Shown here: in pieces, positions 31,130-42,528 of the stretch
Position numbering within the stretch: the stretch's first letter is position 1
Layout: each line of letters begins with the position of its first letter
NCBI GenBank assembly: GCA_963678315.1
Contig: OY782781.1
Span: 1,888,001 to 1,952,000, forward strand
Direction: 5' to 3'
DNA from: Candidatus Cloacimonadales bacterium
GTDB taxonomy: Bacteria > Cloacimonadota > Cloacimonadia > Cloacimonadales > JAFGVF01
DNA length: 64,000 bases
The notes under the pieces: model-generated
Told to the model about the DNA's origin: nothing
The model's database searches: none
Seen by the model: the letters and a program-made list of their open reading frames with translations, nothing else
Translations under genes and position numbers: made by a program

Positions 31130-33589
31130 CTAAGATTTTAGAGCAATCAAGAATTGTTTAGGCTCAAGAGTAGCCTTATCGGTATCTGTCATAATTAATC
31201 TATCTGTGGACTCAATTAAGTTAGCAATTTTAACACTTTGATTGCTATTGTTAATGAGAACTAGGAGTGACTTCTTTGCATCGAGTGAACTGCAAGTATA
31301 GCTCAATATATAAGGAATATCGTAGAACTTTATAATACCTTGGAAGCAATCAAAGAACTTCTTTCTTATTGAAACTAAACTTTTGTAGAAGTCATGTAAT
31401 TCAAGTGACTTAGAATTATTGGAAAATTCCCAATCAAAAGGTCTTCTATTATCTGGGTCATTCTCACCATCTAAAAAGATTTCATCACCGTAATAAATAT
31501 GAGGAATTCCTTTAAAAGTAAACTGAAAAACTAGAGCAAGTTTGATTTTGGATAAATCACTATTGCAAATATGCCTCAATCTTTTTGTATCATGAGTACC
31601 TAAAATATTCATTTGAAGATTATTTACTCTTTCACAGTTTGATATTAATGAAGTTGAAATACTATTAAGGAATTCAGATCTAGTGATACTGTTATGAATG
31701 AAATAGTCGATAACAGGGTTTCTAAAGTAATGATAATTCATGACAGCATCTACATAATTATCTTTTAGCCAAATGCTAGACTTAGACCAAATCTCTCCTA
31801 CAATATATAAATCAGGATTAATTGCTTTAAGATGGTCATAGAATAACCTCCAGAACCAGAAAGGAACTTCTTCAGGAACATCTAGTCTAAAACCATCAAT
31901 ATTATACTTATTTACCCACATTTCCATTGATGTAAGCAGATAATCTGTTAGGGGATAGTTGACTTTAGCATCTGAAATATTCTCTATATAATTCTCATCA
32001 GGTGTTCCTCTCGATAAATCGAAATTAAACTCAGGTAAGTCTTTTACACCCCACCAGCATTTATAGTAATCTTCTGCAACAAAGTCAGGAGTTAGATCTT
32101 TAGGAAGAGGCCACTTAAACCAGTCGAACCAATCCCAATAGAGGGAATCCTTTCCTTTGGAAAGGCAATCCTCAAAAGCAAAGAAAGCTGTTCCACAGTG
32201 ATTAAGTGCAATATCAAGGATTACTTTAACTCCATTATCATGTAGGTCATCGACTAGTTGTTTAAACTCATCATTGGTTCCTAGATGGGGGTCTATAAGT
32301 TGAAAGTCTATGGTATCATATCTATGATAAGATTTTGCTTGGAAGATAGGATTTAAGTAGATTACATTAACTCCTAAATTAATAAGATAAGCAATCTTTT
32401 TACGAATACCAGCAAGATCTCCCCCGTAAAAAGCATGCCAATCAGGATTAGCTTGAGCCGAATAGGGATTCTTCTTGAGTATTGCTGTGTCATTCCACTC
32501 TGCCAAATGATAAAAGGCTTGATTCTTGTGTAGTTTATTGTTTAGTGAAGGCTTACAAACATTATCTGAATAATATGACTCTTTAAAAGTAGGATTAATC
32601 CTTTCATCACCATTGTGGAACCTATCAGCTAAGATTTGGTACATAACTAAAGCATCTTTAAACTTGGGAATATTGAACTTTGGTAAGTTCTGTACAATAA
32701 TATAATGAATACTATCTTTATTATCTAAGTTAAGTATGTTATTGTTAATAAAACATCTAGTCTTGTTAACTTCAAAAGATATTTTTAACTTTAAGATTGC
32801 TTTCTTAGATGCTAGATCGATGTTAGAGTAATAGGCTGTGAAGTGTTTATTCTTACCAGAAAAGTAATATTGAACTGCTATGCCGTCAATTACTACTTTA
32901 AGCTTATCATAGCTTTTAAAAGGGATTCTGAACTTAATTTCTACTTGCATATCTGAATACTTGTATACATCAATCAACTGACTATTAAATACTAATTTAT
33001 TATTGGAATAACTAGATAGTAAATTAGAATCTATAGAATACATGCTTGAAGAATCTATAACAACTTTACTGTTAGAAAGCTTTTCTTTTTGGACTTTCTT
33101 AGAAGGGTAATGACCAACAGAATCTTGGTTAACCCAAACACCAGCTTCTGCTAAATATTTGTATTCATACTCTCCACTTTCTAAGAATAAGCTTGTTTTA
33201 TATTGTCCTTTTGAGATCTGGGCAAGTCTATTTATGTCTGGAGTCCAGTTGTTGAAATCTCCAACCAATGATAATTTACCTTCATAATCTATGATTACTT
33301 TTTCGAATGTATGAAGAGCAATAAGCTTGCTTTCTTTCTTAACCTCAATGAAGGAAAGTTCAACACCGTTGATAAGCTTAAATGGTGCATTGGGGTCTTT
33401 CATATACTTCCCATCAATCTTAAATCTGTAGTAATACATACCCTCGTTTAGTGATACTCTAGCTAAATATTTACCATTTGTCTCTACTAGTTCAATAACA
33501 TGTTTATCCCAATTATCCGAATTAGCAACTAAGTAGACTTGGTGATTACCAACTATGGGAGGTTCATAAATAAAAGTTACAGTTTTCAT
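31130..33589 (-). CDS. GH13 alpha-amylase/neopullulanase-type enzyme with two N-terminal CBM48/AMPK-like domains
   Basis: YQILADRF, GGDLAGI, YHRYD, DIALNH, DGFRLDV, GEIW, THDT; two glycogen-binding-like N-terminal repeats. Confidence 0.88.
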   Translation of the reverse strand: MKTVTFIYEPPIVGNHQVYLVANSDNWDKHVIELVETNGKYLARVSLNEGMYYYRFKIDGKYMKDPNAPFKLINGVELSFIEVKKESKLIALHTFEKVIIDYEGKLSLVGDFNNWTPDINRLAQISKGQYKTSLFLESGEYEYKYLAEAGVWVNQDSVGHYPSKKVQKEKLSNSKVVIDSSSMYSIDSNLLSSYSNNKLVFNSQLIDVYKYSDMQVEIKFRIPFKSYDKLKVVIDGIAVQYYFSGKNKHFTAYYSNIDLASKKAILKLKISFEVNKTRCFINNNILNLDNKDSIHYIIVQNLPKFNIPKFKDALVMYQILADRFHNGDERINPTFKESYYSDNVCKPSLNNKLHKNQAFYHLAEWNDTAILKKNPYSAQANPDWHAFYGGDLAGIRKKIAYLINLGVNVIYLNPIFQAKSYHRYDTIDFQLIDPHLGTNDEFKQLVDDLHDNGVKVILDIALNHCGTAFFAFEDCLSKGKDSLYWDWFDWFKWPLPKDLTPDFVAEDYYKCWWGVKDLPEFNFDLSRGTPDENYIENISDAKVNYPLTDYLLTSMEMWVNKYNIDGFRLDVPEEVPFWFWRLFYDHLKAINPDLYIVGEIWSKSSIWLKDNYVDAVMNYHYFRNPVIDYFIHNSITRSEFLNSISTSLISNCERVNNLQMNILGTHDTKRLRHICNSDLSKIKLALVFQFTFKGIPHIYYGDEIFLDGENDPDNRRPFDWEFSNNSKSLELHDFYKSLVSIRKKFFDCFQGIIKFYDIPYILSYTCSSLDAKKSLLVLINNSNQSVKIANLIESTDRLIMTDTDKATLEPKQFLIALKS

Positions 33590-33591
33590 AA

Positions 33592-36500
33592 TTAAAAGTT
33601 AAGGCTATGGTATAACATTATTTCGTGGGAATTCTCATCACTCGGACGTAACTTATATTTATAAGAAACTTTAGTACCAAATTTAAAATTATACTTAAAT
33701 TCTAAATCTTGATAGTAGACCATTTTAGATTGATTTTGTAAGTTAGTAGCTTCTTGGAATAGCCCAGTGTAGTTGAAAAATAGTCTTTTGTAGACTTCTC
33801 TACCAAAATTAACAGATAGGTTGTTTAGCAGTATAGAAGAACCAAATTGCTCAAGCTCAGATTCATATACTTTCTCTTCTTGATCTCCTATATCAGAAAC
33901 GATATATTCATTAAACATATTCTTGATAAAACCAGGTCTGATATAGAAGTAATCTAAGTAAATACGTCTTCTTATAAATAGCTCTAAAGGTTTTAAGAAA
34001 TCATTGAATACACTATTATCCATATTAGAACCAAGCATGAGAACTGTTTCATTTTGTAGAAACTCTGTCTTTTGTTCCTGGGTTAAACTTCCATAATCCT
34101 CTCCATAGCGTAATCTATTAAGAGCATCTATTTGAGTCTTGTCTTCTGGATTATCACTCTCTAATGTTAATGAAAGAGCTTCTATACCATTTCTTTCTGT
34201 ATCATCATTAGATATCTTCAATGTGACTAAACTACCATCATTAGCTCTTTTGCTAAAGTTACCAGATATAATGAATTTTATATTGTTTATTACAACTTCA
34301 ACAAATTCTGTATTAAACTGATTACCTAAGAAATCAACATATCCTCCTTCAGCTGAGAAATATGCGTTAGGTATAGACCATTCTTTATCATGAGTAAGAA
34401 CTAAATAAGATCCTGGAGTTACCTCAATGTTGGCTGGGTATGTAACGTAATTAACATTCTCACCAATAATAAGTTTAGAGTCTAGTGTAAATGCTAAAGC
34501 TCTAAAAGATGAAGAAGACGATGATCTTTTACGGCTAAAGGTCTTCTTAGAAATGCTAGTAATAAGTGCTAGTAAATCTTGAGTGTCTGGAGGATAAATG
34601 CAAGAAGCATTAGATACTTTAACTTCAGCTTCAATCTTTAAATCATCAAAAGGACCTTTAATAATAGCTGATTGGGTTGTTCTACCAGATATGTTTACTG
34701 TTCCTGTCTCATCTTCAGGCATATATACAGGAATATTGATAACAACTCCTCGCTCAGAAGTGTTTATCTTGAATTGACCAAGAACCAACTCGCCAATGAA
34801 GAAGTTATCATTCTCATTGGAAGTGTCATTGTTGATGACAAGATATCCAGAACCAATTTGAGCTTGTAATTGCTCAATATTGAGTAAGTTATTCTTTATG
34901 CTTGCAGATAAGGCAAGGTTATTAAATCTTTCTGGTTGCCCTTTAATCTTCAAGAAACCTTTGTTAGATTTGATATAACCTTCTTCATAAATTAAACCAT
35001 TTTCTCCAATGCTGACAATCAACTCTGAGTCAATAGAGAAGTCTCCCTCTGGGAACGTTTCGGGACTGAGTTTGTGTAATATTTGATATGCCTGAGTGTT
35101 TAGATTTAAGTAAAATCTTTTATTTGAAGGAATAAACTCACCTGATAGAAGGTTGTAAGATAAATCTCCGAATGCAGTTAACTCTGCAAATCCATGTGAG
35201 TTAACATATAAATTATCCACTCTAATATTACGTGGATTAATTAAAACATTAAGGTGTGAGTCTTGTATCTCAAAGTCAGCAAAGTTAATATTTGATCCAA
35301 GACCATTAAATCTTAGTCCACTCTGATCCAAGTTGTTTGAGTCATAAATAAAGCTTAAATCACCATTGATATAGCCTTTAATCGGAACAAGATAGTTGTA
35401 ATCAGATAAATCAAGGTTAGACAGGTTACTATCTAAGGTAAGTTTGTAGCCATTGGTTAAACTAGCAATACCATTTGCTTCCAGCAAGACTTGTCTTTCA
35501 TTATAAAACTTTAAACTAGAGATATTTATATTATCTTTTGTTCCTTGAAAATCTACCTTCAATCCCATTCCTACAAAGTTCTTGAATTTTACCCCAGTTA
35601 GATTAATATTACCACTAATCTCAGGAGAAGAGTAACAATAATCCATTTGGGCAGTACAGAATCCTACAGGTAGGGCAGAAGCAATATCTTCTGCTAGTAA
35701 TTGCTTTATTTCTCTGAGATTTACTTTATCTATATTTACGAGCAGTCCTCTAGTATCATGCAGTAAATCATGTCCTTTGAAGCTTATATTATCATTTATG
35801 TTTAAATCAATATTTAATATGTTTCCATTAGCAAAACTTAGTTTTCCCACAGCATTAGTATGAGTATTGAATATTTTTGCTTCAATAACTTCATTCTCAA
35901 TATCAAAGTTCTTGTTTTTAATATCCCAAGAAAAGTTAGTTTTTAGTGGGATGAATAAATCATCGTTATAAGCTGTAGCGATTATATCTAAGTTGCTTGA
36001 AAGCCTATTGTTTTTGTAACTACCAGCTATAGAGCCGTTAATCAAAGGACTTGCATTATTTAGGAATACATTATCTGAATTGAATGTTTGCAGAGGAGAG
36101 AAGTCTTTTAAATCAATCTTGAAGTTATAAGAATTATCAAGTATATTTCCATTGGCTACAAGACTTAAATTATTACTGGCTAAGTTGCTATAAACAGACT
36201 TATCTTTAAGGAGTAAGTATCCATTGATAAGAGGAGTATTGATATCGTTATAGGTTACTATTGCATCATTAATATCTAATCTAAAGAATGGTGATTTGTT
36301 AAGAAGTAAGCCCTGTGCTTCAAGTTTACCATTAATCTTCAAATAAGAATCAGAAGAGTTACCAACTACTAAATCTGCTTTCAATATATCATCTATATAA
36401 GAAGCTTTCCCCTTAAAAATATTCCCGTTGTATTCTGAGTTAAGAAGTTCAACTTGTATAGAATTATCAATATATGAGACATCTGCATCGATATTGTCTA

Positions 36501-37596
36501 TCTTGAAACCATTTGTTGTGAATGTCTTTGTGTTTAGTGTGGCTGATAAATCTGGTTTAGTAACCTTACCTTGAACTGTTAGAGTTGCATTAATATTGCT
36601 AAAGATATTATTGATTCTCTTATTTAAATCATAATCATCAATTTTAGCTTTAGCATCAATATACTGGTCATTAAACATATCAAACAATCTTCCAGAAACT
36701 TGAGCTGGAATATCCATGAATGTAACATTATCACCTTCAATAAACAACTCATTAGAAGATCCAGAAACTTTTAAATCATTAATCTTTGCATCCATCCCGT
36801 AACTAGTGAAACTCAATAGATCAATAGTATTATCAAATGCTAAATAATTTAAGGTGTCGTCCAGTGTCTTTAGTTGTTTGTAGATAGTTTTACCAGAGAT
36901 AGTAGTTACAATGTTATCCAGTTTATAGATATATAGAGAATCAGGAGTGAAAGAATTAGCATTCATTAGAATTTCTTCCATACCTTCACTATTAAGACTT
37001 ACATCAACCTGCAGAGTGTTATCATTAGCATCTTTTATCACTGTTGTTACTTGCTTATTAGCATCTCTATTATAGACTAGGTCTAAATCATGAGCTTTTT
37101 GTGCCAGATAGAAATACTCTTTAAATGATATTTCAACATCTGCTGATGCTCCCTCTATAAACGCTGTTCTTGCATACTTAGTTATGTCAAATTTAGCAGA
37201 CTTTTCTTTTTTGTCATCACTCTGTTTGCCTACGAACTTTTTGGAAAAGTCAATCTTTGGATTTGAGACATAAAGTGAATCCACAATATTTGAAAAACGG
37301 TCTTCTCCAGAAGAGAATAATGAGGAATAGTTAAGAGCTGCATCTAAGTAGTCAACACTTACATCATACAAAGCATTGTTATCTTTTACCTTCAATTTGG
37401 AAATTGTTATATTCTCACTTCCGATATGGATTTCATCAAGAGTAATCTCAGCCTTAGCTAACTTTGATAAGTTATTTTCTAAATATGATTTAGCTATTAC
37501 ATTCCTAAAACTTATGATAGTAACAGGAATTACTAAAAAGATAATGCTAAAAATAGCTAATGAGAATATTAAAATCCTCTTATTTCTTTTTCTCAT
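33592..37596 (-). CDS. Large AsmA/TamB-like periplasmic protein
   Basis: N-terminal TM anchor, 1334 aa, beta-rich throughout; in an operon with lolD/E-like genes. Confidence 0.6.
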   Translation of the reverse strand: MRKRNKRILIFSLAIFSIIFLVIPVTIISFRNVIAKSYLENNLSKLAKAEITLDEIHIGSENITISKLKVKDNNALYDVSVDYLDAALNYSSLFSSGEDRFSNIVDSLYVSNPKIDFSKKFVGKQSDDKKEKSAKFDITKYARTAFIEGASADVEISFKEYFYLAQKAHDLDLVYNRDANKQVTTVIKDANDNTLQVDVSLNSEGMEEILMNANSFTPDSLYIYKLDNIVTTISGKTIYKQLKTLDDTLNYLAFDNTIDLLSFTSYGMDAKINDLKVSGSSNELFIEGDNVTFMDIPAQVSGRLFDMFNDQYIDAKAKIDDYDLNKRINNIFSNINATLTVQGKVTKPDLSATLNTKTFTTNGFKIDNIDADVSYIDNSIQVELLNSEYNGNIFKGKASYIDDILKADLVVGNSSDSYLKINGKLEAQGLLLNKSPFFRLDINDAIVTYNDINTPLINGYLLLKDKSVYSNLASNNLSLVANGNILDNSYNFKIDLKDFSPLQTFNSDNVFLNNASPLINGSIAGSYKNNRLSSNLDIIATAYNDDLFIPLKTNFSWDIKNKNFDIENEVIEAKIFNTHTNAVGKLSFANGNILNIDLNINDNISFKGHDLLHDTRGLLVNIDKVNLREIKQLLAEDIASALPVGFCTAQMDYCYSSPEISGNINLTGVKFKNFVGMGLKVDFQGTKDNINISSLKFYNERQVLLEANGIASLTNGYKLTLDSNLSNLDLSDYNYLVPIKGYINGDLSFIYDSNNLDQSGLRFNGLGSNINFADFEIQDSHLNVLINPRNIRVDNLYVNSHGFAELTAFGDLSYNLLSGEFIPSNKRFYLNLNTQAYQILHKLSPETFPEGDFSIDSELIVSIGENGLIYEEGYIKSNKGFLKIKGQPERFNNLALSASIKNNLLNIEQLQAQIGSGYLVINNDTSNENDNFFIGELVLGQFKINTSERGVVINIPVYMPEDETGTVNISGRTTQSAIIKGPFDDLKIEAEVKVSNASCIYPPDTQDLLALITSISKKTFSRKRSSSSSSFRALAFTLDSKLIIGENVNYVTYPANIEVTPGSYLVLTHDKEWSIPNAYFSAEGGYVDFLGNQFNTEFVEVVINNIKFIISGNFSKRANDGSLVTLKISNDDTERNGIEALSLTLESDNPEDKTQIDALNRLRYGEDYGSLTQEQKTEFLQNETVLMLGSNMDNSVFNDFLKPLELFIRRRIYLDYFYIRPGFIKNMFNEYIVSDIGDQEEKVYESELEQFGSSILLNNLSVNFGREVYKRLFFNYTGLFQEATNLQNQSKMVYYQDLEFKYNFKFGTKVSYKYKLRPSDENSHEIMLYHSLNF

Positions 37597-38251
37597 ATTT
37601 ATTTAATTTACCATCAATGAGGGTATAGTGGCTGTCAACTTCTCTTGGTAGTGATAAATCATGAGTTACTAGCACTACTGTTAATCCTTCACTGTTGAGT
37701 TTTCTTATCAAGTCCATCACCAAAAGAGAATTCTCTTGATCTAGATTACCTGTAGGTTCATCAGCAATCAGTATTTTTGGGTTCGTAACAATTGCTCTTG
37801 CTATTGCTATTCTTTGCTCTTCACCTCCACTTAGCTTTCGTGGTAAATGATTCTTTCTATCTTCCAAACCGATAATTTTAAGCATATTTAATGCTCTTTC
37901 CTTAGCTTCTTTCTTGCTAACATTTTGAATTAAGAGAGGAATCATTATGTTTTCTAAAGCAGTGAAGTCTTCAAGTAAGAAATGAGATTGAAATACAAAG
38001 CCCATATTGATATTTCTAAAACGTTCAACACTTTTGATGCTTGAAACACCTTTGTTCAGAATAGATAGTGATCCTGATGATGGTTTATCAAGCAAACCTA
38101 TTAAATGAAGCAAGGTACTTTTGCCACATCCTGATGCCCCTGTAATATATACAAATTCTCCTTGATGAATGTCTAAGTTAACATCTTTTAACACTTCTAA
38201 CTTCTTATTTGCATCTATAAAACTTTTCTTTATATTTTGTAATTTTACCAT
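37580..38251 (-). CDS. lolD: ABC ATPase, LolD family
   Basis: [39 protein letters not shown]. Confidence 0.8.
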   Translation of the reverse strand: MVKLQNIKKSFIDANKKLEVLKDVNLDIHQGEFVYITGASGCGKSTLLHLIGLLDKPSSGSLSILNKGVSSIKSVERFRNINMGFVFQSHFLLEDFTALENIMIPLLIQNVSKKEAKERALNMLKIIGLEDRKNHLPRKLSGGEEQRIAIARAIVTNPKILIADEPTGNLDQENSLLVMDLIRKLNSEGLTVVLVTHDLSLPREVDSHYTLIDGKLNKYEKKK

Positions 38252-38253
38252 AA

Positions 38254-39480
38254 TTAGCTTCTTATTATTTCTATAACATTTAATTTGTTTATTGTTTTCA
38301 ACGACCAGAATATTGTTGTTGAAACTATTACTAGTGCAGTCAGGTAGATTGTTAGATAAACATCAAGTGAAGGACTAACAATTATTTTATCTATAAAATA
38401 TACATCTGCTTTAAGTAACTGATCGGAGTATTTAGATAACTGATAAGCACCAATAGTACCTAGTATCAAGCCTAGGATGATACTTATATTAGTTAAGAAG
38501 AGTGAAAAATAATAATACAGTTTTTTTACTTGTCTTTTGGTTAGTCCTAAGGTGAGCAAAATGCCAATTTCCACATTTCTTTCTAATATTATTGAACTAA
38601 GAGTACTAACTACGTTGAATGACGCAACTAAAACAATAATATTTAATATTAGGAAAATCATAATCCTTTGTAGTTCAAGTGTTGAAAACAAAGATTCGTT
38701 ATTCTGTAGTTGATTAAATCCATATAGATTTCTATTATTAAAAGAGTTTTTAGCATGGAATCTATTAAGAGTATTGGATATATTTGTTGAACTATTATCT
38801 TCTAGTAATACGGGAATAAAACTAAAGCTATCTTTACTCTCTATCAAGCCTTGTACTTTAGTTAATTCTAATAAGGATATACGCTTATCAATTTCATATA
38901 AACCAGTACTGTAATTTTCTTTAACTATGAAGTCTGAACTCTTCTTGATTAATCCAAAAATAGATAATCTAATTGATTTAGGCAATATTACCTGAACAGT
39001 ATCTCCCTGTGATACATTTAAATCTTTTGCTAGATATTTCCCAAGAATAATCTCGTTGTCTCTTAAGTGAAAGTCTTCGTTTTTAGAAAAAGGATAATTA
39101 ATAGAATTGAAATCAATATTGTCGTTGTCAAAAGACCCAAGTGTTGATGGCTTTGTAACATTGCCCTTGGAAAGTAAGACAGGTATCTCAATTTTCTTGT
39201 CCCAAGCTTTAATCTTAGTAATGTCAGAAATAGAATTTTCAATATAATTTACTTCCTTGTTAGAAAGATTATTAGTGGTAGAATTTACTATTATATCTGA
39301 GAATGATCTCTTAAAGACACTTTTAAGAGTATCCTGGTATCCTTGAAATAGGAGCATAGCCATTGTTAATGCTGATATTGATAGGGTTATACTAATCAGC
39401 ATAAATAAAGAGTTTTTACCCCAACTGGATTTTCTAACCTTCAGGATTTTGCTAATATAAAGTTTTATAAGTAGATTCAA
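38254..39480 (-). CDS. ABC permease, LolC/E (FtsX-like) family
   Basis: One N-terminal TM, periplasmic domain, three C-terminal TMs; IVLVASFNVVSTL and EIGILLTLG motifs. Confidence 0.8.
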   Translation of the reverse strand: MNLLIKLYISKILKVRKSSWGKNSLFMLISITLSISALTMAMLLFQGYQDTLKSVFKRSFSDIIVNSTTNNLSNKEVNYIENSISDITKIKAWDKKIEIPVLLSKGNVTKPSTLGSFDNDNIDFNSINYPFSKNEDFHLRDNEIILGKYLAKDLNVSQGDTVQVILPKSIRLSIFGLIKKSSDFIVKENYSTGLYEIDKRISLLELTKVQGLIESKDSFSFIPVLLEDNSSTNISNTLNRFHAKNSFNNRNLYGFNQLQNNESLFSTLELQRIMIFLILNIIVLVASFNVVSTLSSIILERNVEIGILLTLGLTKRQVKKLYYYFSLFLTNISIILGLILGTIGAYQLSKYSDQLLKADVYFIDKIIVSPSLDVYLTIYLTALVIVSTTIFWSLKTINKLNVIEIIRS

Positions 39481-39482
39481 GA

Positions 39483-39959
39483 TTAATCTCTTAAGCTTGG
39501 ATGTGGCAACTCAATGATAATTTTTTCTTCTGGTTGTTCTTTTTCTTCAACAATCTCCTGTCTTGCTTTAAAGAAATTAAAACCACTTTCTTTGTATGTT
39601 TTATAGGAAAAATAGCTTAGAAATATAACAACAGCAATGATTAAAATTACATAAAGCCAATTCATGGAAATTAAAAACTTTCTTTCATTCTTGAATTCAA
39701 TATTTTGATAGACATTTGTTTTATATTGTGGGTAAAGTGAATCGAGTAAATTGTTAAGTTTTACACTACTTCCATTCAATTTACGCACAATCGTATTAGC
39801 ATAGCTCTTTACAACACCAAATCCACCAAGTTCTTCAACCTTGTTGGCTTCTAACATAATCAATGTATCTCTTTTTATAAGTGTAAGCTCTGAAAGCTCT
39901 TCTATTGTCATTCCATTTTCTTCTCTAAGCTTTTTAACAAATTTACCTATGCTATCCAT
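39483..39959 (-). CDS. RodZ-like HTH membrane protein
   Basis: SIGKFVKKLREENGMTIEEL Xre HTH, VKSYA motif, single TM; start at MDSIG. Confidence 0.7.
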   Translation of the reverse strand: MDSIGKFVKKLREENGMTIEELSELTLIKRDTLIMLEANKVEELGGFGVVKSYANTIVRKLNGSSVKLNNLLDSLYPQYKTNVYQNIEFKNERKFLISMNWLYVILIIAVVIFLSYFSYKTYKESGFNFFKARQEIVEEKEQPEEKIIIELPHPSLRD

Positions 39960-40737
39960 TTCTTCTCCAATAATATTTACCTTCACAGATTAAGTCAACA
40001 CTTCCCATCATATAAACTCCTTTAGTATATCTAAAGTTCAAAGCTCCTCCTTGGAGTTTAACTTGAGCTGACTCGCTAATTAACTTGTTTTTTAGGCAGT
40101 AATAATAAACTGCTGTAGCCCCACTTCCGCATGCCAGTGTAACACCAGAGCCTCTTTCATAGACAAAACACCTTACAGTTTGGTTATCAATTATGTCAAT
40201 CTTTTCTACGTTTATTCCATCTGGAAAAAGAATGTTATTTTGGACTCTTTTAGCTAATTCTACAAACTTATCATTATTTAGGTCACAATTGGGGAAAATT
40301 AAATGTTCATTGCCAACATTCACTAAACTGCATTTATAGCCCTCGATAGTGTATTCTGAAACAATTTTAGGTTCACCCATAAATACTTCAATGTTACTAT
40401 CTTCTTTTACTAGAGATTTTCTCACTCCACTAAGTGTGTTAATAGTAATCTCTTGTTTATTAGTCTTTTGGTTCATCAAGTAAGCTACACAACGAAGGGC
40501 ATTGCCACACATACTAGCTTCGGAACCATCAGCATTGAATATTCTCATGTAGCAGTCTGCATTACTGTCTTCAGATATAACTACTAGACCATCAGAACCA
40601 ACTCCAAAATGTCGGTTTGAAACACTAATACTGAGTGAAGAAAAATCAATATCCTCAAATTCTTTATCTAGGTTATCTAGGTAGATATAATCATTACCTA
40701 GACCTGTCATTTTAATAAAATTTATTTCGGTCTTCAT
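39952..40737 (-). CDS. dapF: Diaminopimelate epimerase
   Basis: KMTGLGNDY, NADGSEASMCGNA, GNEH, YERGSGVTLACGSG. Confidence 0.95.
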   Translation of the reverse strand: MKTEINFIKMTGLGNDYIYLDNLDKEFEDIDFSSLSISVSNRHFGVGSDGLVVISEDSNADCYMRIFNADGSEASMCGNALRCVAYLMNQKTNKQEITINTLSGVRKSLVKEDSNIEVFMGEPKIVSEYTIEGYKCSLVNVGNEHLIFPNCDLNNDKFVELAKRVQNNILFPDGINVEKIDIIDNQTVRCFVYERGSGVTLACGSGATAVYYYCLKNKLISESAQVKLQGGALNFRYTKGVYMMGSVDLICEGKYYWRRNG

Positions 40738-41442
40738 TTATTTAAAAATCTCACTAAAGTAATCGCTAAAGTTATAAAAGCCTTTTTTGGAGTTAATCCA
40801 CTCAGCAGATTTAACAACTCCACCCACAAATGCAGATCTTTCTCTTGCTAAATGTTTTATCTCAAGAAACTCATGTGTTCCATCTATTCCTAGAACATGA
40901 GTACCTGGTTTCTTGCCAGCTCTAACTGCTTCAAATTCAAAATCTTCTCTTATATTTTTATTTAATTCTTTTATAGTTTTGCTTATGTATTTCGCTGTTC
41001 CAGAAGGTTTATCTTTTTTCATGTTATGGTGTTCTTCATAACCGTAATAATCAAACTCTCTTATATTCTTAGTGAGTTTTGCTAGATACTCAGCCATTTG
41101 AAAAAAGATGTTCATCCCAATTGAAAAGTTTGCTCCATAGATTATTCCAACTTGATGGACTTCAGCTAATTCTTTTACTCTATCTATTTCATCATACCAA
41201 CCTGAAGTTCCAACTACAATGTTAGTACCGCTTTTAGCGATTTTTTCAAGTCTTTCCAATATACCTGTAGGCTCAGTAAACTCTAATGCTACATCAGCAT
41301 TGTTTAGGCTTTCTATGCATATATCTGATTTATATTTTTCTATATTATTATCAATTATACTAACTACTTCATGATTACTGTCAAGACATAACTGATGCAG
41401 TAATTTTCCCATTTTTCCATAACCAATAATTGCTATTTTCAT
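40738..41442 (-). CDS. dapB: 4-hydroxy-tetrahydrodipicolinate reductase
   Basis: GYGKMG, GTSG, NFSIG, EEHHNMKKDKPSGTA. Confidence 0.95.
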   Translation of the reverse strand: MKIAIIGYGKMGKLLHQLCLDSNHEVVSIIDNNIEKYKSDICIESLNNADVALEFTEPTGILERLEKIAKSGTNIVVGTSGWYDEIDRVKELAEVHQVGIIYGANFSIGMNIFFQMAEYLAKLTKNIREFDYYGYEEHHNMKKDKPSGTAKYISKTIKELNKNIREDFEFEAVRAGKKPGTHVLGIDGTHEFLEIKHLARERSAFVGGVVKSAEWINSKKGFYNFSDYFSEIFK

Positions 41443-41460
41443 ATTATATCCTTTTTTTTC

Positions 41461-41489
41461 ATTTTATAATGATTATAGCATTTTGTCAA
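41461..41489 (-). promoter_or_regulatory. Sigma70 promoter of the dapB operon
   Basis: Minus strand TTGACA-17bp-TAAAAT immediately upstream of dapB. Confidence 0.6.
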
Positions 41490-41523
41490 ACTTATTTTGC
41501 GTTGATTTTATTGGGTCTTATCT

Positions 41524-41825
41524 TTTAATTTAGTAAATACTTTTTGAAAGAGTAAATTGTCTGTTTTTTTTAACCTATTTAATGCTGTAGGCTTCTCGTG
41601 AAGAGTGCAGATTCCGTCTAAGCCGGACACGGTATTTCAGCAAAATAAGTTACAGAATCGAAGTTTGAATAATATATATTCTAGCTGAGATTATGTAAGT
41701 TATCCTTGCCATGAGTCTTCGCTGAGGCTACGCCCTCACAGGAATAATATAGTACTATTCTAGAAGTTCTACTGTATTAGATGGGTTTAATTTAGTAAAT
41801 ACTTTTTGAAAGAGCAACTTGTCTG
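41524..41825. repeat. 40-bp direct repeat pair enclosing a ~220-bp segment
   Basis: tttaatttagtaaatactttttgaaagag(t/c)aa(a/c)ttgtctg at 41524-41563 and 41786-41825. Confidence 0.75.
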
Positions 41826-41987
41826 AATTTTCTCAATTCTACCTTACAATTATTTTGTACTTTTCTTCTGTCAAAAGTATCTTTTTACCATAATGTTTCT
41901 AACAAATATGCTGATATAAGTCATTAGCTAAAAATTAAACATTTTGCTAGACTTTTCTGAAAGGTCTCTGCTCATATACTAGTCCCT

Positions 41988-42238
41988 TTGAAAAAAAGTC
42001 GATTTTTCAAGGAGACCCTTAAGGAAGGAGTTAGAAGTGAGGAGTTACTGGGAACGCTTTGCCTTTAGTCCGGCTGCTGCCGGATAGCTGGCTAATACTG
42101 GGATCGCCAGCCTCTGTGCTGGCTTCACTTAGAACGTAGTGATAAGTGAATTTGTAGAGACGTTTGAAAAAAAACGTCTCAGAAACAAGCTAGAAGCTTG
42201 TGCACCTAGATGGTGATGGAGAGTAAGCATTCACCGAT
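41988..42238 (-). repeat. Inverted copy of the 26638-26789 element plus adjacent REP-like palindromes
   Basis: Reverse complement matches 26638-26789 in blocks; gtagagacgttt...aaacgtctc at 42154-42180; acaagctagaagcttgt at about 42185-42201. Confidence 0.75.
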
Positions 42239-42270
42239 TATATGTGGAAAATGTGCTAATTCTATGTAAT

Positions 42271-42528
42271 TTAAAGCTTGTCAATATACCACCAGAAGTG
42301 TGACTCTGGGATGTTCTCTGCTTCTCTAACATCTGTTATAAGTCCAATCACATAATCTGGATCCTCTTTGTCTATAAGAAGGTGTTTTTTAGAGAGAATA
42401 GCCTCTTTTAGCTCCTGATTGTTCGCAAGAGTATCTGCATGTTCTGACATTCTATAGCACCATGTCATATATCCACAAGGATGCTCGGGTTTGCTAATCT
42501 CTCGGAATAGCTTTACAAAGTCGGTCAA
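42271..42528 (-). CDS. Small hypothetical protein ending PESHFWWYIDKL, just downstream of the tRNA 3' end
   Basis: TTG start with aaggag RBS; 85 aa. Confidence 0.55.
   Translation of the reverse strand: MTDFVKLFREISKPEHPCGYMTWCYRMSEHADTLANNQELKEAILSKKHLLIDKEDPDYVIGLITDVREAENIPESHFWWYIDKL

Noticed and set aside
41490..41980. Lysine riboswitch upstream of dapB-dapF
   Set aside because: No recognisable L-box consensus, and a good sigma70 promoter lies directly upstream of dapB (41461-41489), leaving no long leader.
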